A stretch of 64,000 nt of DNA from positions 1-64,000 of IMG/VR virus record IMGVR_UViG_3300027747_002969, one strand, 5' to 3'. Both the position numbers and the translations under genes were made by a program. Below the pieces are notes generated by a model, which was not told the origin of the DNA, searched no databases, and saw nothing but the letters and a program-made list of their open reading frames with translations. Shown here in pieces: positions 39,389 through 49,320 of this stretch (position 1 is the stretch's first letter; every line of letters begins with the position of its first letter). This DNA comes from a virus.

Positions 39389-39922
39389 ATGAGACATACC
39401 ATGTCAGTAACCAGCAATCCGTATATTACATTCAACATATCATCTGCCAACACTGGCTCATTTACAGTAAATGGAGGTTGGAGTCATAACACATCTATTG
39501 CTGGTCACAGTGGCCCCATAGTGAATCCCGGTGCAATAACTGTGGCAGGTGCAATGACCAGCGGTTTGAACAGTTCTATGCTGGGCAGTTATAATGTCAA
39601 CAGCTGTCAGAACGGTTTAAGTATACCAATCGGCAACAACGTCAGATTAACCATTAGTCCAGACGGCCAAATAGAATGGTCTGGACCTGCAAGCAAGGCT
39701 GCAGAGCATTTTTTAACGTCTCTTGGACATGTGATCGATTGCAGCACGTCTGGCAAGCGTGCACTGGCCAAAAGTTATCGCCTTGCAATTGAACGCTGTT
39801 TGCGCCAGGCCAAACGCATGAGCCATGAAGACTTCATAGTCATGCTGGAGAAAGAAGTTGCCACAAGGCAGAGCAAGGCTGTGTGGATGACCCTGTGTGA
39901 GGACGAGGCTGTAGATGAATAA
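39389..39922 (+). CDS. Hypothetical protein
   Basis: ORF in the operon. Confidence 0.55.
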   Translation: MRHTMSVTSNPYITFNISSANTGSFTVNGGWSHNTSIAGHSGPIVNPGAITVAGAMTSGLNSSMLGSYNVNSCQNGLSIPIGNNVRLTISPDGQIEWSGPASKAAEHFLTSLGHVIDCSTSGKRALAKSYRLAIERCLRQAKRMSHEDFIVMLEKEVATRQSKAVWMTLCEDEAVDE

Positions 39923-40172
39923 TGACAGCAAACCATTTCTACTGCTATGGGATCATCTCAGCAGTGAAGACATGCAAGAACGAATAGACTGGTTGAGGAA
40001 AAATCTCACAGCAGGAATTGATTGGGGATTTTGTGCGAATCCCAAGATTTGCGTTCTGAAGACCAGTAATGCTAACCTGCTCTATCGCCTGCGTTGGTTT
40101 GAACCCGGACAACAGAAAGAAATTGATTGGCATCCTACATTTGAAAATAGTGACATTAATCGAAATGAGTGA
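39915..40172 (+). CDS. Hypothetical protein
   Basis: Overlaps the upstream stop; NANLLYRLRW motif. Confidence 0.55.
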   Translation: MNNDSKPFLLLWDHLSSEDMQERIDWLRKNLTAGIDWGFCANPKICVLKTSNANLLYRLRWFEPGQQKEIDWHPTFENSDINRNE

Positions 40173-40277
40173 ACTACCGCGCAAAAACTTAATTCCTGCT
40201 GTGTGGTACAGGAATTTTCTAGTTTGACAATCTAGATGAACCGCAACACACTTAAAAAGTAGATTGAAAGAAATGAC

Positions 40278-41159
40278 ATGTTTGGACATAATTCTATAGT
40301 TGGGCAGTCTTATTTTAAAGACGCTGGAGATAACCTATTCGTAACAAGTATATTTGGAGTGACTCTGCAAGGCGAAGGTCCGTACCGAGGCGAGCCAGCA
40401 GTTTTTGTTAGACTGGCCAAATGTCAATTGGCCTGCAGTTTCTGTGATACCTTTTTTGATGACGGCGATTGGATGACAGTAGATCAAATTGATCAACGCA
40501 TACAAACTGTGATTGAACAGTATTTTAATGGATCAATTCCACTATGGGCCAGTGAACTACCCAGTTCAGAGTTTCAGGCTGCTAAACCAAGAGATATGGT
40601 GTTGGTAGTCACAGGCGGCGAACCCATGCTGCAGAAAAACATCGGTCCATTTCTCAAGCATATGAGCAAGAAGTTTGTCAAGACTCAGATCGAAAGCAAC
40701 GGATTGCTGGTTCAAGACATTCCGGAATCCACAACGCTGGTGGTAAGTCCAAAGTGCAATGAAAAGAACGGACAACCAACACAGTATCTTACACCAAATC
40801 CCAAGATGCTTGAACGTGCAAATTGTTTGAAGTTTGTAATGAATGCTGATCTCAATTCACCTTATGGGTCTGTTCCAATCTGGGCGCATGAGTGGCGCGA
40901 CAAAACAGGTAACCCTGTGTTTGTCAGTCCAATGAATATCTACAATGAAGAACCGCAGAAAAGCAAGCGTCTGCGCGCTGAAAAGAATCAGATCTCACTT
41001 GAAGAACGCAGTACTGTAGATGAAGTGATTTCTTGGTGGACACCCGGACTGTTAAACATGGCAGAAAACCAACGCAATCACGAGTATGCTGCTAGATACG
41101 CTGTCAGCAATGGGTTTGTATTCAATATGCAACTGCATTTATTTGGTAATCTAGCCTAA
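40278..41159 (+). CDS. queE: 7-carboxy-7-deazaguanine synthase (radical SAM)
   Basis: TLQGEG, FVRLAKCQLACSFCDT, TGGEP, IESNG, VVSPK, QLH. Confidence 0.9.
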   Translation: MFGHNSIVGQSYFKDAGDNLFVTSIFGVTLQGEGPYRGEPAVFVRLAKCQLACSFCDTFFDDGDWMTVDQIDQRIQTVIEQYFNGSIPLWASELPSSEFQAAKPRDMVLVVTGGEPMLQKNIGPFLKHMSKKFVKTQIESNGLLVQDIPESTTLVVSPKCNEKNGQPTQYLTPNPKMLERANCLKFVMNADLNSPYGSVPIWAHEWRDKTGNPVFVSPMNIYNEEPQKSKRLRAEKNQISLEERSTVDEVISWWTPGLLNMAENQRNHEYAARYAVSNGFVFNMQLHLFGNLA

Positions 41160-41872
41160 TGACATACTCGCTGTATCTTATATCAAACAAACCTCAATAT
41201 CACAATGTCATACAATCAGGACTTGGCAGCCAACATCTGGAATATTTTGATGGTAGCAATGTGGCAAATTTCAGCCAATTGGTCAACACCTGTGTTGAAT
41301 ATGCCAACACAGAAACAGTAATTCTGATGAGTGACAAGGTGCGTCCAACACAAGAGCATGTGGATAAAACACTGAGCCTGCTGGAACAAGGCTATGCGTT
41401 TGTTGGTCTACAACTTTTTAGATTTTTTGCGTTTAAAAAACAGTTGTTCAGACAAATTGGCTGTATGGACGAAAGATATGTTGGTACTGGTCATGAGGAC
41501 TATGACCTATATGTGCGTTTGATCGAACACAATCTACCATTTTGGATAGAAGAATCTGTACCCTGGGATCATAGACCTTCTTCTTGGGCTGACAGTCAGG
41601 GAGTTTATCGGGGTTATACACATTGGTGTACCAAATGGCTACACCACTGGGTTGAAGGTCAACCATTGCCTGTATGTCTCGAACGGACTATGGCTGAGGA
41701 ATCATATGGCTATGATTTTGGCCCAGAGCAGCCGGTAAGTTTTTTATCGGGACGAGACTGTTTCTATACTACCAACTGGCCGCATGTTGGGGCTTTTCTA
41801 GCTATGGATATAGTATCTGGCACTAACCTACGCTATAATAGGATCCAACCCAGTCTGCAGATTGGAAAATAA
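41159..41872 (+). CDS. GT-A fold glycosyltransferase-like protein
   Basis: F..IGCMDERY.G.GHED.D. Confidence 0.6.
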   Translation: MTYSLYLISNKPQYHNVIQSGLGSQHLEYFDGSNVANFSQLVNTCVEYANTETVILMSDKVRPTQEHVDKTLSLLEQGYAFVGLQLFRFFAFKKQLFRQIGCMDERYVGTGHEDYDLYVRLIEHNLPFWIEESVPWDHRPSSWADSQGVYRGYTHWCTKWLHHWVEGQPLPVCLERTMAEESYGYDFGPEQPVSFLSGRDCFYTTNWPHVGAFLAMDIVSGTNLRYNRIQPSLQIGK

Positions 41873-41873
41873 A

Positions 41874-42458
41874 ATGAGAAAACCACTAATACCATTTTGG
41901 ATGATGCCCGGCTCATGGGGTCTCAGGGGCAAGACTCGTGAGATAGCACAGGCGGAATATGAACTAAGGCAAGGCGATCTAGAGAAAAAACTGCTGGAGA
42001 TAAACTATCGAGATGATCCTAAAGAATTGGCTCGCAGACAGTTGGAACTCAGTCGCAAACTCCGTGAAATATCTGATATAGTCTATGATCAACACAAATT
42101 ACGTTTGGAAATAGATGACCAAACCACATTGGAATTGGCCGAACTTGACCTGCTGCTGAAGCATGAAAAATTAACCAAATTGGAATATGATCGCAAGCGT
42201 GCAGATATTCTCAAGGAACCCTGGGTCAGTATGCCTGTGATCAATTGGGATCCATTGACCAGTAGTCGAACTTATTTTCAATTGGAATATAACGAGTATT
42301 TCTATCCGCATCTTTTGGCCAACGGCTATGAAGGCGAAGAAGATACAGTGATCAACAACTGGTTGAATGACATCTGCATCAGCATTACCGAAGAGATTAA
42401 TGGCATGGAAGCAGATCTCATCACTCCCACAAGGCGTGCAGATCCCCTAGACAATTGA
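41874..42458 (+). CDS. Hypothetical protein
   Basis: Long ORF in the operon. Confidence 0.6.
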   Translation: MRKPLIPFWMMPGSWGLRGKTREIAQAEYELRQGDLEKKLLEINYRDDPKELARRQLELSRKLREISDIVYDQHKLRLEIDDQTTLELAELDLLLKHEKLTKLEYDRKRADILKEPWVSMPVINWDPLTSSRTYFQLEYNEYFYPHLLANGYEGEEDTVINNWLNDICISITEEINGMEADLITPTRRADPLDN

Positions 42459-42462
42459 CATC

Positions 42463-42490
42463 TTGACAGTCATCCTGGTTGCCGTATAAT
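42463..42490 (+). promoter_or_regulatory. Consensus sigma70 promoter
   Basis: TTGACA-N16-TATAAT. Confidence 0.75.
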
Positions 42491-42519
42491 AAAACTGCAG
42501 CAACCTAAACGGATTAAAA

Positions 42520-43521
42520 ATGTCACAGACCTACATTGTCATCGACACTCAAAATTTATTTCTCAGGGTTCGACATGGAGTCCGTGCTCCTGATGCTGAA
42601 CAGCAGTTGGCTCTGGCACTGCATATCATATTCAACAGCATTAAAAAAGTTTGGAATCAATTTGATGCTGCACACACGGTGTTTTGTTTAGAAGGTCGCA
42701 GTTGGCGCAAGGATATTTATGCACCATACAAGGCCAATCGCAAGGCAGCAGCAATCAAACGTACTCCTCGTGAGGTTGAAGAAGACACGATATTTTTTGA
42801 AGTGATGGACGAATTCATCAATTTCATTAAGAATCAAACCAACTGCACAGTACTGCGCCATGCTGAAGCAGAAGCAGATGACATGATTGCACGTTGGATT
42901 GGTCTACATCCGCAGGACTCGCACATCATTATCAGCAGTGACAGTGATTTCCAACAGTTAGTGGCCGACAATGTGATGATCTTCAACGGTATATCCGGCT
43001 TGCTCTATACCAAACTTGGCATCTATGACAAGGACGGCAAGATTGCTAAAAACAAGCATGGAGAAGAATTGCCAGTGCCTAACCCCGAATGGCTGCTGTT
43101 TGAAAAATGCATGCGCGGTGATGACAGTGACAATGTCATGAGCGCTTTCCCAGGTGTACGCAGCAAGAAACTCCAGGAGGCTTATGAGGATCGCAACAAC
43201 AGGGGCTTTGCTTGGAATAATCTCATGCTCAGCAAATGGAGTGATCATGAAGGTGTTGAACATCGTGTGAGAGATGATTTCGAACGCAATAAACTGCTGA
43301 TTGATCTCAGCATGCAGCCAGCAGATCTTGTGGAAAAGTTTGATGAGACCATACGTGCTAGCATTGTTACTGAAATACGCAAGCAGGTTGGATTGTCTTT
43401 GATCAAATTCTGCAACAGACATGGTCTAATAAAGATAGAAAAAAACAGCGGAGAATACAGCAGTTGTTTCAGTGCGGTCTATACTGGTAATCTCCTGCAG
43501 ACCCAAGATCAAGGAGAATAG
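42520..43521 (+). CDS. T4 RNase H-like 5'-3' exonuclease/flap endonuclease
   Basis: SWRK...YKANR, EADD, SSDSDF.QL, GDDSDNV. Confidence 0.9.
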   Translation: MSQTYIVIDTQNLFLRVRHGVRAPDAEQQLALALHIIFNSIKKVWNQFDAAHTVFCLEGRSWRKDIYAPYKANRKAAAIKRTPREVEEDTIFFEVMDEFINFIKNQTNCTVLRHAEAEADDMIARWIGLHPQDSHIIISSDSDFQQLVADNVMIFNGISGLLYTKLGIYDKDGKIAKNKHGEELPVPNPEWLLFEKCMRGDDSDNVMSAFPGVRSKKLQEAYEDRNNRGFAWNNLMLSKWSDHEGVEHRVRDDFERNKLLIDLSMQPADLVEKFDETIRASIVTEIRKQVGLSLIKFCNRHGLIKIEKNSGEYSSCFSAVYTGNLLQTQDQGE

Positions 43522-43525
43522 CAGC

Positions 43526-44005
43526 ATGGCGGTTAGATACAGTTTAAAACCTCTAGGCGATCAGTGTTGGCTATTGACTGGTGATGGGGATCGTATTGGC
43601 CTTGTGAATAAGATCAACGGCGAAATAAACGTAATAGGTCGATTAGAACCCAAGCACTATGCAGATCTTGCTGCATTGGAAACTAGACTGGGGGGTAGGT
43701 TAGAAATAGAAGCCATGACAGTGAACATACGTGAACCCGAGTTGGGCAACATTGATGGATATCCTGTTAAGCACAACACATTTTTTGATTCCAGTATGGA
43801 TCCTGTACCAAACTACGCTAGAACTGCCAAGGGTCGGGATAGATATGCAGCGGGTTATTATGCATTGCGTTTCCCGCAGGGATGGACACACAGTTTCTGT
43901 CCAAGGTTAAACACACTAGGCGATTATGAACATGCTGGTCCTTTCAAAAACAAATTGGAGATGCAGCATTATATCACAACCAAAAACAAGGAAAAGACAA
44001 TATGA
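43526..44005 (+). CDS. Hypothetical protein
   Basis: RBS aaggag; YAAGYY, FCPRL, GPFK. Confidence 0.6.
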   Translation: MAVRYSLKPLGDQCWLLTGDGDRIGLVNKINGEINVIGRLEPKHYADLAALETRLGGRLEIEAMTVNIREPELGNIDGYPVKHNTFFDSSMDPVPNYARTAKGRDRYAAGYYALRFPQGWTHSFCPRLNTLGDYEHAGPFKNKLEMQHYITTKNKEKTI

Positions 44006-44226
44006 GTACATCGGCATTGGAGGTATTTGTCAAAAAGTATCAAACTGCAAGATCCTACAACAGCAAGGAGATACGTCTCAGCATACAAGATGCTGAAGAA
44101 CTGGCCACGTCAATTGCGTTGGTGTTGTCTAGTGTCAATTCACTCAGTGCCAAAGTCATTCAACTGCAGGATAAACTATTGGCAGACAAGAATGAGATTG
44201 ATCTATCGGGTGGCAGTTTCACCTAG
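44002..44226 (+). CDS. Hypothetical protein
   Basis: ATGA overlap; ends DLSGGSF. Confidence 0.6.
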   Translation: MSTSALEVFVKKYQTARSYNSKEIRLSIQDAEELATSIALVLSSVNSLSAKVIQLQDKLLADKNEIDLSGGSFT

Positions 44227-44248
44227 GAATCAACACAGGGGGCATGTC

Positions 44249-44863
44249 ATGACAGATTTGTACAAGTCTATCCGCGACCCGCTGCTGTCTATGGTGATAG
44301 ACACAGTTGGCCATTTTGATCTATCACGAGGTCCTTGGATAGCAGGAGGCTGTCCTCGTAGACTATGGCAGGGTATGTCGTGGATCAATAATGATGTAGA
44401 TTGTTTCTTCAGCAACCAGCAAGACCTTGCTGAGGCACAGACACGACTGCAGGCCGTTTATCAACAGCAATATGATGAATGGACCAACAAACTGGTTAGC
44501 TTGGAGATTTCCAGTTGGCAGACCAGAAATGCCTGGACCTATAAGATATACATAGCAGGAGAATTGATACAAATACAATTGGTCAAATCGTTGAACCCCA
44601 GTCTAGTAGATTTATGGAATAGTTTTGATTTCACTGTGTGTAAATTTGCCACAGATGGCCATACAGTGGTGGCCGATGCTACAGCCGTGACAGATGTTGA
44701 CAGCCGTAGGCTGCGAAAGAACTTTGGTTATGGAAAAATCAAATTTAATCGAGTAATCAAATACGGTTTTTATGGGTTTGATTCTGATGCTGATATTTTA
44801 GCCGAGTTGCTGCAGCAGTACCAACACCAAACAATTGACAAGACTGATGATATCTATGTATAA
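44249..44863 (+). CDS. Nucleotidyltransferase (CCA/poly(A) polymerase head-like)
   Basis: IAGGCPR, DVDCF, FDFTVC. Confidence 0.65.
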   Translation: MTDLYKSIRDPLLSMVIDTVGHFDLSRGPWIAGGCPRRLWQGMSWINNDVDCFFSNQQDLAEAQTRLQAVYQQQYDEWTNKLVSLEISSWQTRNAWTYKIYIAGELIQIQLVKSLNPSLVDLWNSFDFTVCKFATDGHTVVADATAVTDVDSRRLRKNFGYGKIKFNRVIKYGFYGFDSDADILAELLQQYQHQTIDKTDDIYV

Positions 44864-45212
44864 ATTTCTAGAAGAAACACGAGTTTTTAGCCAACTGACC
44901 GGTGGTTGTTATTATGCAGATGTTGGCCGGGAGAAATACGTCTGCATAGGTGGTATTGTCCTGCCCTACCGTATAGGAGTCAACATGATGATCTGGGTCA
45001 TGGCTAAGTCTACATCATACCATCATCTGTTAGATGTTGCTGATATACAGCAGATTATCACAATGAATCCGGAGAGTTTTAGTAGGCCAAATTACGGAAA
45101 CAAACCACAAGACCGTGCGTTCACGTGCTGGGATATTTTCAATAAAATAGAGACCATTATGCGCAATTGGAGCATGGAAGAATTCGACAAGTTTGTGCCC
45201 TGCACTGAGTGA
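44856..45212 (+). CDS. Hypothetical protein
   Basis: Overlaps the upstream stop. Confidence 0.5.
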   Translation: MYKFLEETRVFSQLTGGCYYADVGREKYVCIGGIVLPYRIGVNMMIWVMAKSTSYHHLLDVADIQQIITMNPESFSRPNYGNKPQDRAFTCWDIFNKIETIMRNWSMEEFDKFVPCTE

Positions 45213-45251
45213 TAATTGGCTCATGCCATAAATATGAGCGGAGAACAATGC

Positions 45252-45548
45252 ATGAGCCGACCAAAACCCGCAATACTCTTGGATTATACAGACAGCAGTA
45301 CCTATAAGAGCGAACAGGTTCTGCAGGCGGTTGGTATTTATGCAGTATTTTACCATAATCAACCAATCAACCTACGCAGCCTTAACAAATTACTGGATTA
45401 TCCTGGACCAAAATACCGCAAGGTAAGTTTTGCCAACCCAGGACATGCATTCAATCTAGCCGAAAAACTCAACAAACTTTTTAAAACAGACGGTTTCAAA
45501 GTGTACCTGTTAACAAATGGCGAGATTATCACTGAAAAAACCAAATGA
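45252..45548 (+). CDS. Hypothetical protein
   Basis: Begins MSRPKP; TAAATA at 45229 and RBS ggag. Confidence 0.65.
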   Translation: MSRPKPAILLDYTDSSTYKSEQVLQAVGIYAVFYHNQPINLRSLNKLLDYPGPKYRKVSFANPGHAFNLAEKLNKLFKTDGFKVYLLTNGEIITEKTK

Positions 45549-45945
45549 TCTCATAGAGTTGCCGCAAGGCTACCAAAATCAAAAAGATCTTGTGGCACTG
45601 TTGTTATCAAACCCTGTAGTGGTCAAAACATGGCAAGGGCAGTATGGCAGCACACTGCCTGATGACGCAGCAGGTTTTGTAAAGATATTTTTTATGAAAA
45701 ACAGCTGGCAACTCTCTTTTGTTGGAGTCATGGCCTTTTCACAGATCTTTACCTACTGGAGTGTGCAGCATCCGGACAATGTGGCTCTAACTGGTCGTGT
45801 ATTGGTCAATATGAGCAAGATCACCAATGGCCCGTGGTACAGTCAAGGTCGTCATATCTGTGTATGGAGCCAAAACACGCATTTCGAACTGCTGATGTTT
45901 GACGGCAGCATCAAAAGGTTTGTGGAATTTTATATGGTGAAATAA
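45517..45945 (+). CDS. Hypothetical protein
   Basis: ORF in the operon. Confidence 0.5.
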   Translation: MARLSLKKPNDLIELPQGYQNQKDLVALLLSNPVVVKTWQGQYGSTLPDDAAGFVKIFFMKNSWQLSFVGVMAFSQIFTYWSVQHPDNVALTGRVLVNMSKITNGPWYSQGRHICVWSQNTHFELLMFDGSIKRFVEFYMVK

Positions 45946-46067
45946 CCATTGGCAACCGTCGAACCATGTGATTTTTCAACGGCATCTTGTGAAAAATTTC
46001 TGTTGACATGCATGTTGCCATATGCTATTTTCCTATTATAACTTAACCAAACAAAGGACTAAATGAT

Positions 46068-47270
46068 ATGGCTTCTGCAACACGTAATAAAATGCTGGAA
46101 ATCAGCACCATTAACCCCAGTCGGTTGAAGTTGGCAATTCAACATAGTATTGCCCGAAAGCGTCCGCTATTTATCTGGGGTCAGCCTGGCATCGGCAAGA
46201 GTGAACTGGTAGCCGAAGTGGCACGCTCACAAAACCGTCCGTTGATTGACATCCGTTTGCCTCTGATGGAACCCACTGACATTCGAGGTATTCCCTATCT
46301 CGCTGAAGTTAAAGTTTATGACAGCAGTGGCAAAATTGTGCGCGATGAGCACAACGTTCCTATCATGGACAAGGAATTCCGTTGGAGCACTCCCAGTGAC
46401 TTGCCAACTGACGAAGCCAGCCGTGCACTGGTGTTTTTTGATGAGATGAGCGCAGCACCTCCCAGTGTGCAGGCAGCCACATATCAGATCATTCTCAATC
46501 GTCGCATCGGCAACTATGAACTGCCGCAAGATGTGGTGATCGTTGCCGCTGGCAACCGTGTAAAGGACAAGGGTGTAGCCTACAACATGCCCATGCCGTT
46601 GGCCAACCGTTTTACACATCTCACTTTGGAAGTTGATGCTGAAGATTGGCACGAATGGGCTACACTGAATCGTGTGCACAAGGATGTCGTCGGTTACATC
46701 AAATTTCAACCTGGTGATTTGAACAGTTTCAATCCCAGTGTGGACGGATATGCTTTTGCTACACCGCGCAGTTGGTATTTTACCAGTGAACTGCTGCAGG
46801 AAACTGATGATACTGGGGCTATGGTGGACACAGCACTGCCTGCAGATGTGCTGGGCGACATGATCAAAGGCACTATCGGTGAAGGCATTGGTATCAAGTT
46901 CCTCAGTTATCGCAAACAGGCTGTAAACCTCCCGCATGCCAAAGACGTGCTGAGCGGCAAGGTCAAAAAGTTGAATACCAAACAGATTGACGTGATGTAT
47001 GCGCTGACCACTGCATTGTGCTATGAACTGCGAGATGCCAGTGAGCGCGCTGAGAAAGCCAGTCGCAGTGGCGATCAAACAGCAACAGTGGAGTTTCACA
47101 AGCAAGTTGACACGTTCTTCCGGTTTATCATGGACAATTTTGAAGATGAGTTGGCAGTAATGGCCAGCAAAACCATTCTTGGTACCTACAAGTTGCCCAT
47201 CAAAGCACCATTGTTGAGCAATTGGACCGAATTTGTAAAGGCCTACGGCGATCTACTGCCCAACGCCTAA
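46068..47270 (+). CDS. MoxR-like AAA+ ATPase
   Basis: Walker A GQPGIGKS, Walker B FFDE, AAGN, LANRF, TPRSW. Confidence 0.9.
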   Translation: MASATRNKMLEISTINPSRLKLAIQHSIARKRPLFIWGQPGIGKSELVAEVARSQNRPLIDIRLPLMEPTDIRGIPYLAEVKVYDSSGKIVRDEHNVPIMDKEFRWSTPSDLPTDEASRALVFFDEMSAAPPSVQAATYQIILNRRIGNYELPQDVVIVAAGNRVKDKGVAYNMPMPLANRFTHLTLEVDAEDWHEWATLNRVHKDVVGYIKFQPGDLNSFNPSVDGYAFATPRSWYFTSELLQETDDTGAMVDTALPADVLGDMIKGTIGEGIGIKFLSYRKQAVNLPHAKDVLSGKVKKLNTKQIDVMYALTTALCYELRDASERAEKASRSGDQTATVEFHKQVDTFFRFIMDNFEDELAVMASKTILGTYKLPIKAPLLSNWTEFVKAYGDLLPNA

Positions 47271-47290
47271 GTGCAGCAGAGGCCAACTTC

Positions 47291-47320
47291 AGCAGCGGGA
47301 TTCAACTCCCGCTGCTTTTC
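47291..47320 (+). terminator. Rho-independent terminator
   Basis: agcagcggga-ttcaac-tcccgctgct, then a T-tract. Confidence 0.75.
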
Positions 47321-47431
47321 TATCGGTGTCAACTGTGTAATGTGGGATAATGGTCTTTGACTAGACATCTAAAACGTTGACTGTTGAGTTTTTCATGCTA
47401 CAATCCAGTTATAAACTTTTTTGAGGAAATC

Positions 47432-48727
47432 ATGGCACAAGTCCCGTTAGCAACCAAACGCAGTCCTGTTGAGACCAAACTGAAACAGGCCAAACTCAAA
47501 CTGCTGTTTAATCAGCCTTTTTTTGGCACGTTGATCATGCACCTGCCATTGGTTGATGTTACCGATGCAGGATGGTGTCCCACTGCCGCAGTAGATGGAC
47601 GTTATATCTACTACAATCGAGATTTTTTTGAAAAATTGAATGTGGATGAGATTCAATTTGTGTTGTGTCATGAACTGTTGCATGTGGCGTTTGATCATCT
47701 AGGGCGTCGAAGCCACAGAGACGCCAAGTGGTGGAACATGGCCAATGACTATGTGATCAATGCTGCATTGATTCGTGATAGAATTGGCAAAATGCCCACC
47801 GAACGTGTCAAGGTAGAAGACATTGACGACAGCGGTAAGAAAACCACTTCGCAGCGTATTGGATTGTATGATGAAAAATATCTTGGTTGGACATCAGAAG
47901 CAGTTTATGACGATCTAGAAAAGCGCAAGGTGAAAAAAGAGTTGACCTTGGATGTGCATCTCGAGTTGGGCAAAGATGGCAAAGGTGGCAAAGATCAAGG
48001 TCAGGGCACTGATGATAAATTTAAGATACCGGGGCTAACAGAAGAAGAAATGAAAGCAGTGCGTGAAGAAATCAAAAGCAAGATTCTTCAAGCGGCTAAT
48101 GCAGCAGCTGGCAGGATGCCCGTTGGGCTACAACGTCTGATCGACGAATTGGTAGAAAGCCGCGTGAATTGGCGAGACCTCCTGCAGCAGAGCATTCAAA
48201 GTTGTTTGGTAGACGATTTTACTTTTGCCAAACCCAATCGACGTCACATGTATGGTGGCATTTTCATGCCCACGCTCAAAAAAGACGAGACGATCGATAT
48301 CCAGATTGCCATCGACATGAGCGGTTCGATCTCAAATGACATGGCCAATGATTTTCTCAGCGAAGTCTATGGCATCATGCAACTCTATAATGAATTCAAC
48401 ATTGGTGTGCTTTGCTTTGACACCAAAGTCTACAACTATAGAACCTTTACCAAAGATACCGAAGACGAACTGTTGAAATATGAATGCAAGGGCGGTGGCG
48501 GGACCAACTTTGAAGCATTCTGGAACCACTGGAAAGATCATCATATTGAACCAAAACTAGCGGTGGTTTTCACCGATGGCTATCCATCAGGCACATGGGG
48601 TCCCAGCAATTTTTGCGATACTTTATGGGTGATCACAGAAGGCTTCAAGACTCGTGTAAAACCGCCGTTTGGCAGATGGGCGTATTATGAACACGGCAAG
48701 GGTGTTGAAGAACAGGGACAGGCATAG
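47432..48727 (+). CDS. HExxH metallopeptidase-like plus VWA domain protein (MoxR partner)
   Basis: TAAVDG, HELLH, WNMANDY.IN, DMSGS (MIDAS), GGGGTNF, FTDG. Confidence 0.85.
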   Translation: MAQVPLATKRSPVETKLKQAKLKLLFNQPFFGTLIMHLPLVDVTDAGWCPTAAVDGRYIYYNRDFFEKLNVDEIQFVLCHELLHVAFDHLGRRSHRDAKWWNMANDYVINAALIRDRIGKMPTERVKVEDIDDSGKKTTSQRIGLYDEKYLGWTSEAVYDDLEKRKVKKELTLDVHLELGKDGKGGKDQGQGTDDKFKIPGLTEEEMKAVREEIKSKILQAANAAAGRMPVGLQRLIDELVESRVNWRDLLQQSIQSCLVDDFTFAKPNRRHMYGGIFMPTLKKDETIDIQIAIDMSGSISNDMANDFLSEVYGIMQLYNEFNIGVLCFDTKVYNYRTFTKDTEDELLKYECKGGGGTNFEAFWNHWKDHHIEPKLAVVFTDGYPSGTWGPSNFCDTLWVITEGFKTRVKPPFGRWAYYEHGKGVEEQGQA

Positions 48728-48782
48728 CTAGCCGTCACAGGCTGCACAGAAGTTGACATGCACATAAACGACTCTTAATAAT

Positions 48783-49064
48783 GTGTGCATGTCAACACCT
48801 GGTGATTTCAACTCGCAATTGGCCGACCTTGCTGTGCTATTGGCTGGCAAGGTAGCTGAACGACTGGCTTTTTGGTCCAAAGACATGGAGCCCACTGAAC
48901 GTCGACGCATCTTAGACATGATAGAGGGTCAACTGCCTGATATCATTAGCAACAGCATTGCCAAAGCACCCAGCCTACACAGTGCCAGCGGCGTTGACTA
49001 TTTTCAACAACATCTTGAAGATTATGCAGATGCATATGCAAAAAAATTCATTGGTCGGGTGTAG
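48783..49064 (+). CDS. Hypothetical protein
   Basis: ORF. Confidence 0.5.
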   Translation: MCMSTPGDFNSQLADLAVLLAGKVAERLAFWSKDMEPTERRRILDMIEGQLPDIISNSIAKAPSLHSASGVDYFQQHLEDYADAYAKKFIGRV

Positions 49065-49070
49065 AGTCAA

Positions 49071-49310
49071 TTGAACGATGATGCTGCGCTGAGAATTGTG
49101 AAACTGTCCTTTCCGAGAAGCCGACTGTTTACCACACCAAAGACCAATGTCGATACATGGATTACCATGCTGGAACAACTGTTATCATGCAACTATGATA
49201 ACTATACAGTGACAGTCAAAAAAGACCATTTCAAAAGCAGCACTGATGTTGAGATTGAATTTGCCAGTCAAGACGATGCTGTATGGTTTAGGTTGTCACA
49301 GAGAGATTAG
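49071..49310 (+). CDS. Hypothetical protein (DxxxFxL type)
   Basis: Ends EFASQDDAVWFRL. Confidence 0.55.
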   Translation: MNDDAALRIVKLSFPRSRLFTTPKTNVDTWITMLEQLLSCNYDNYTVTVKKDHFKSSTDVEIEFASQDDAVWFRLSQRD

Positions 49311-49320
49311 GAGACCTGTA

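Noticed and set aside
46227-47105. 292-aa antisense ORF, and similar long shadow ORFs elsewhere
   Set aside because: It lies opposite a well-supported ATPase and has no motifs; explained by codon bias on the coding strand
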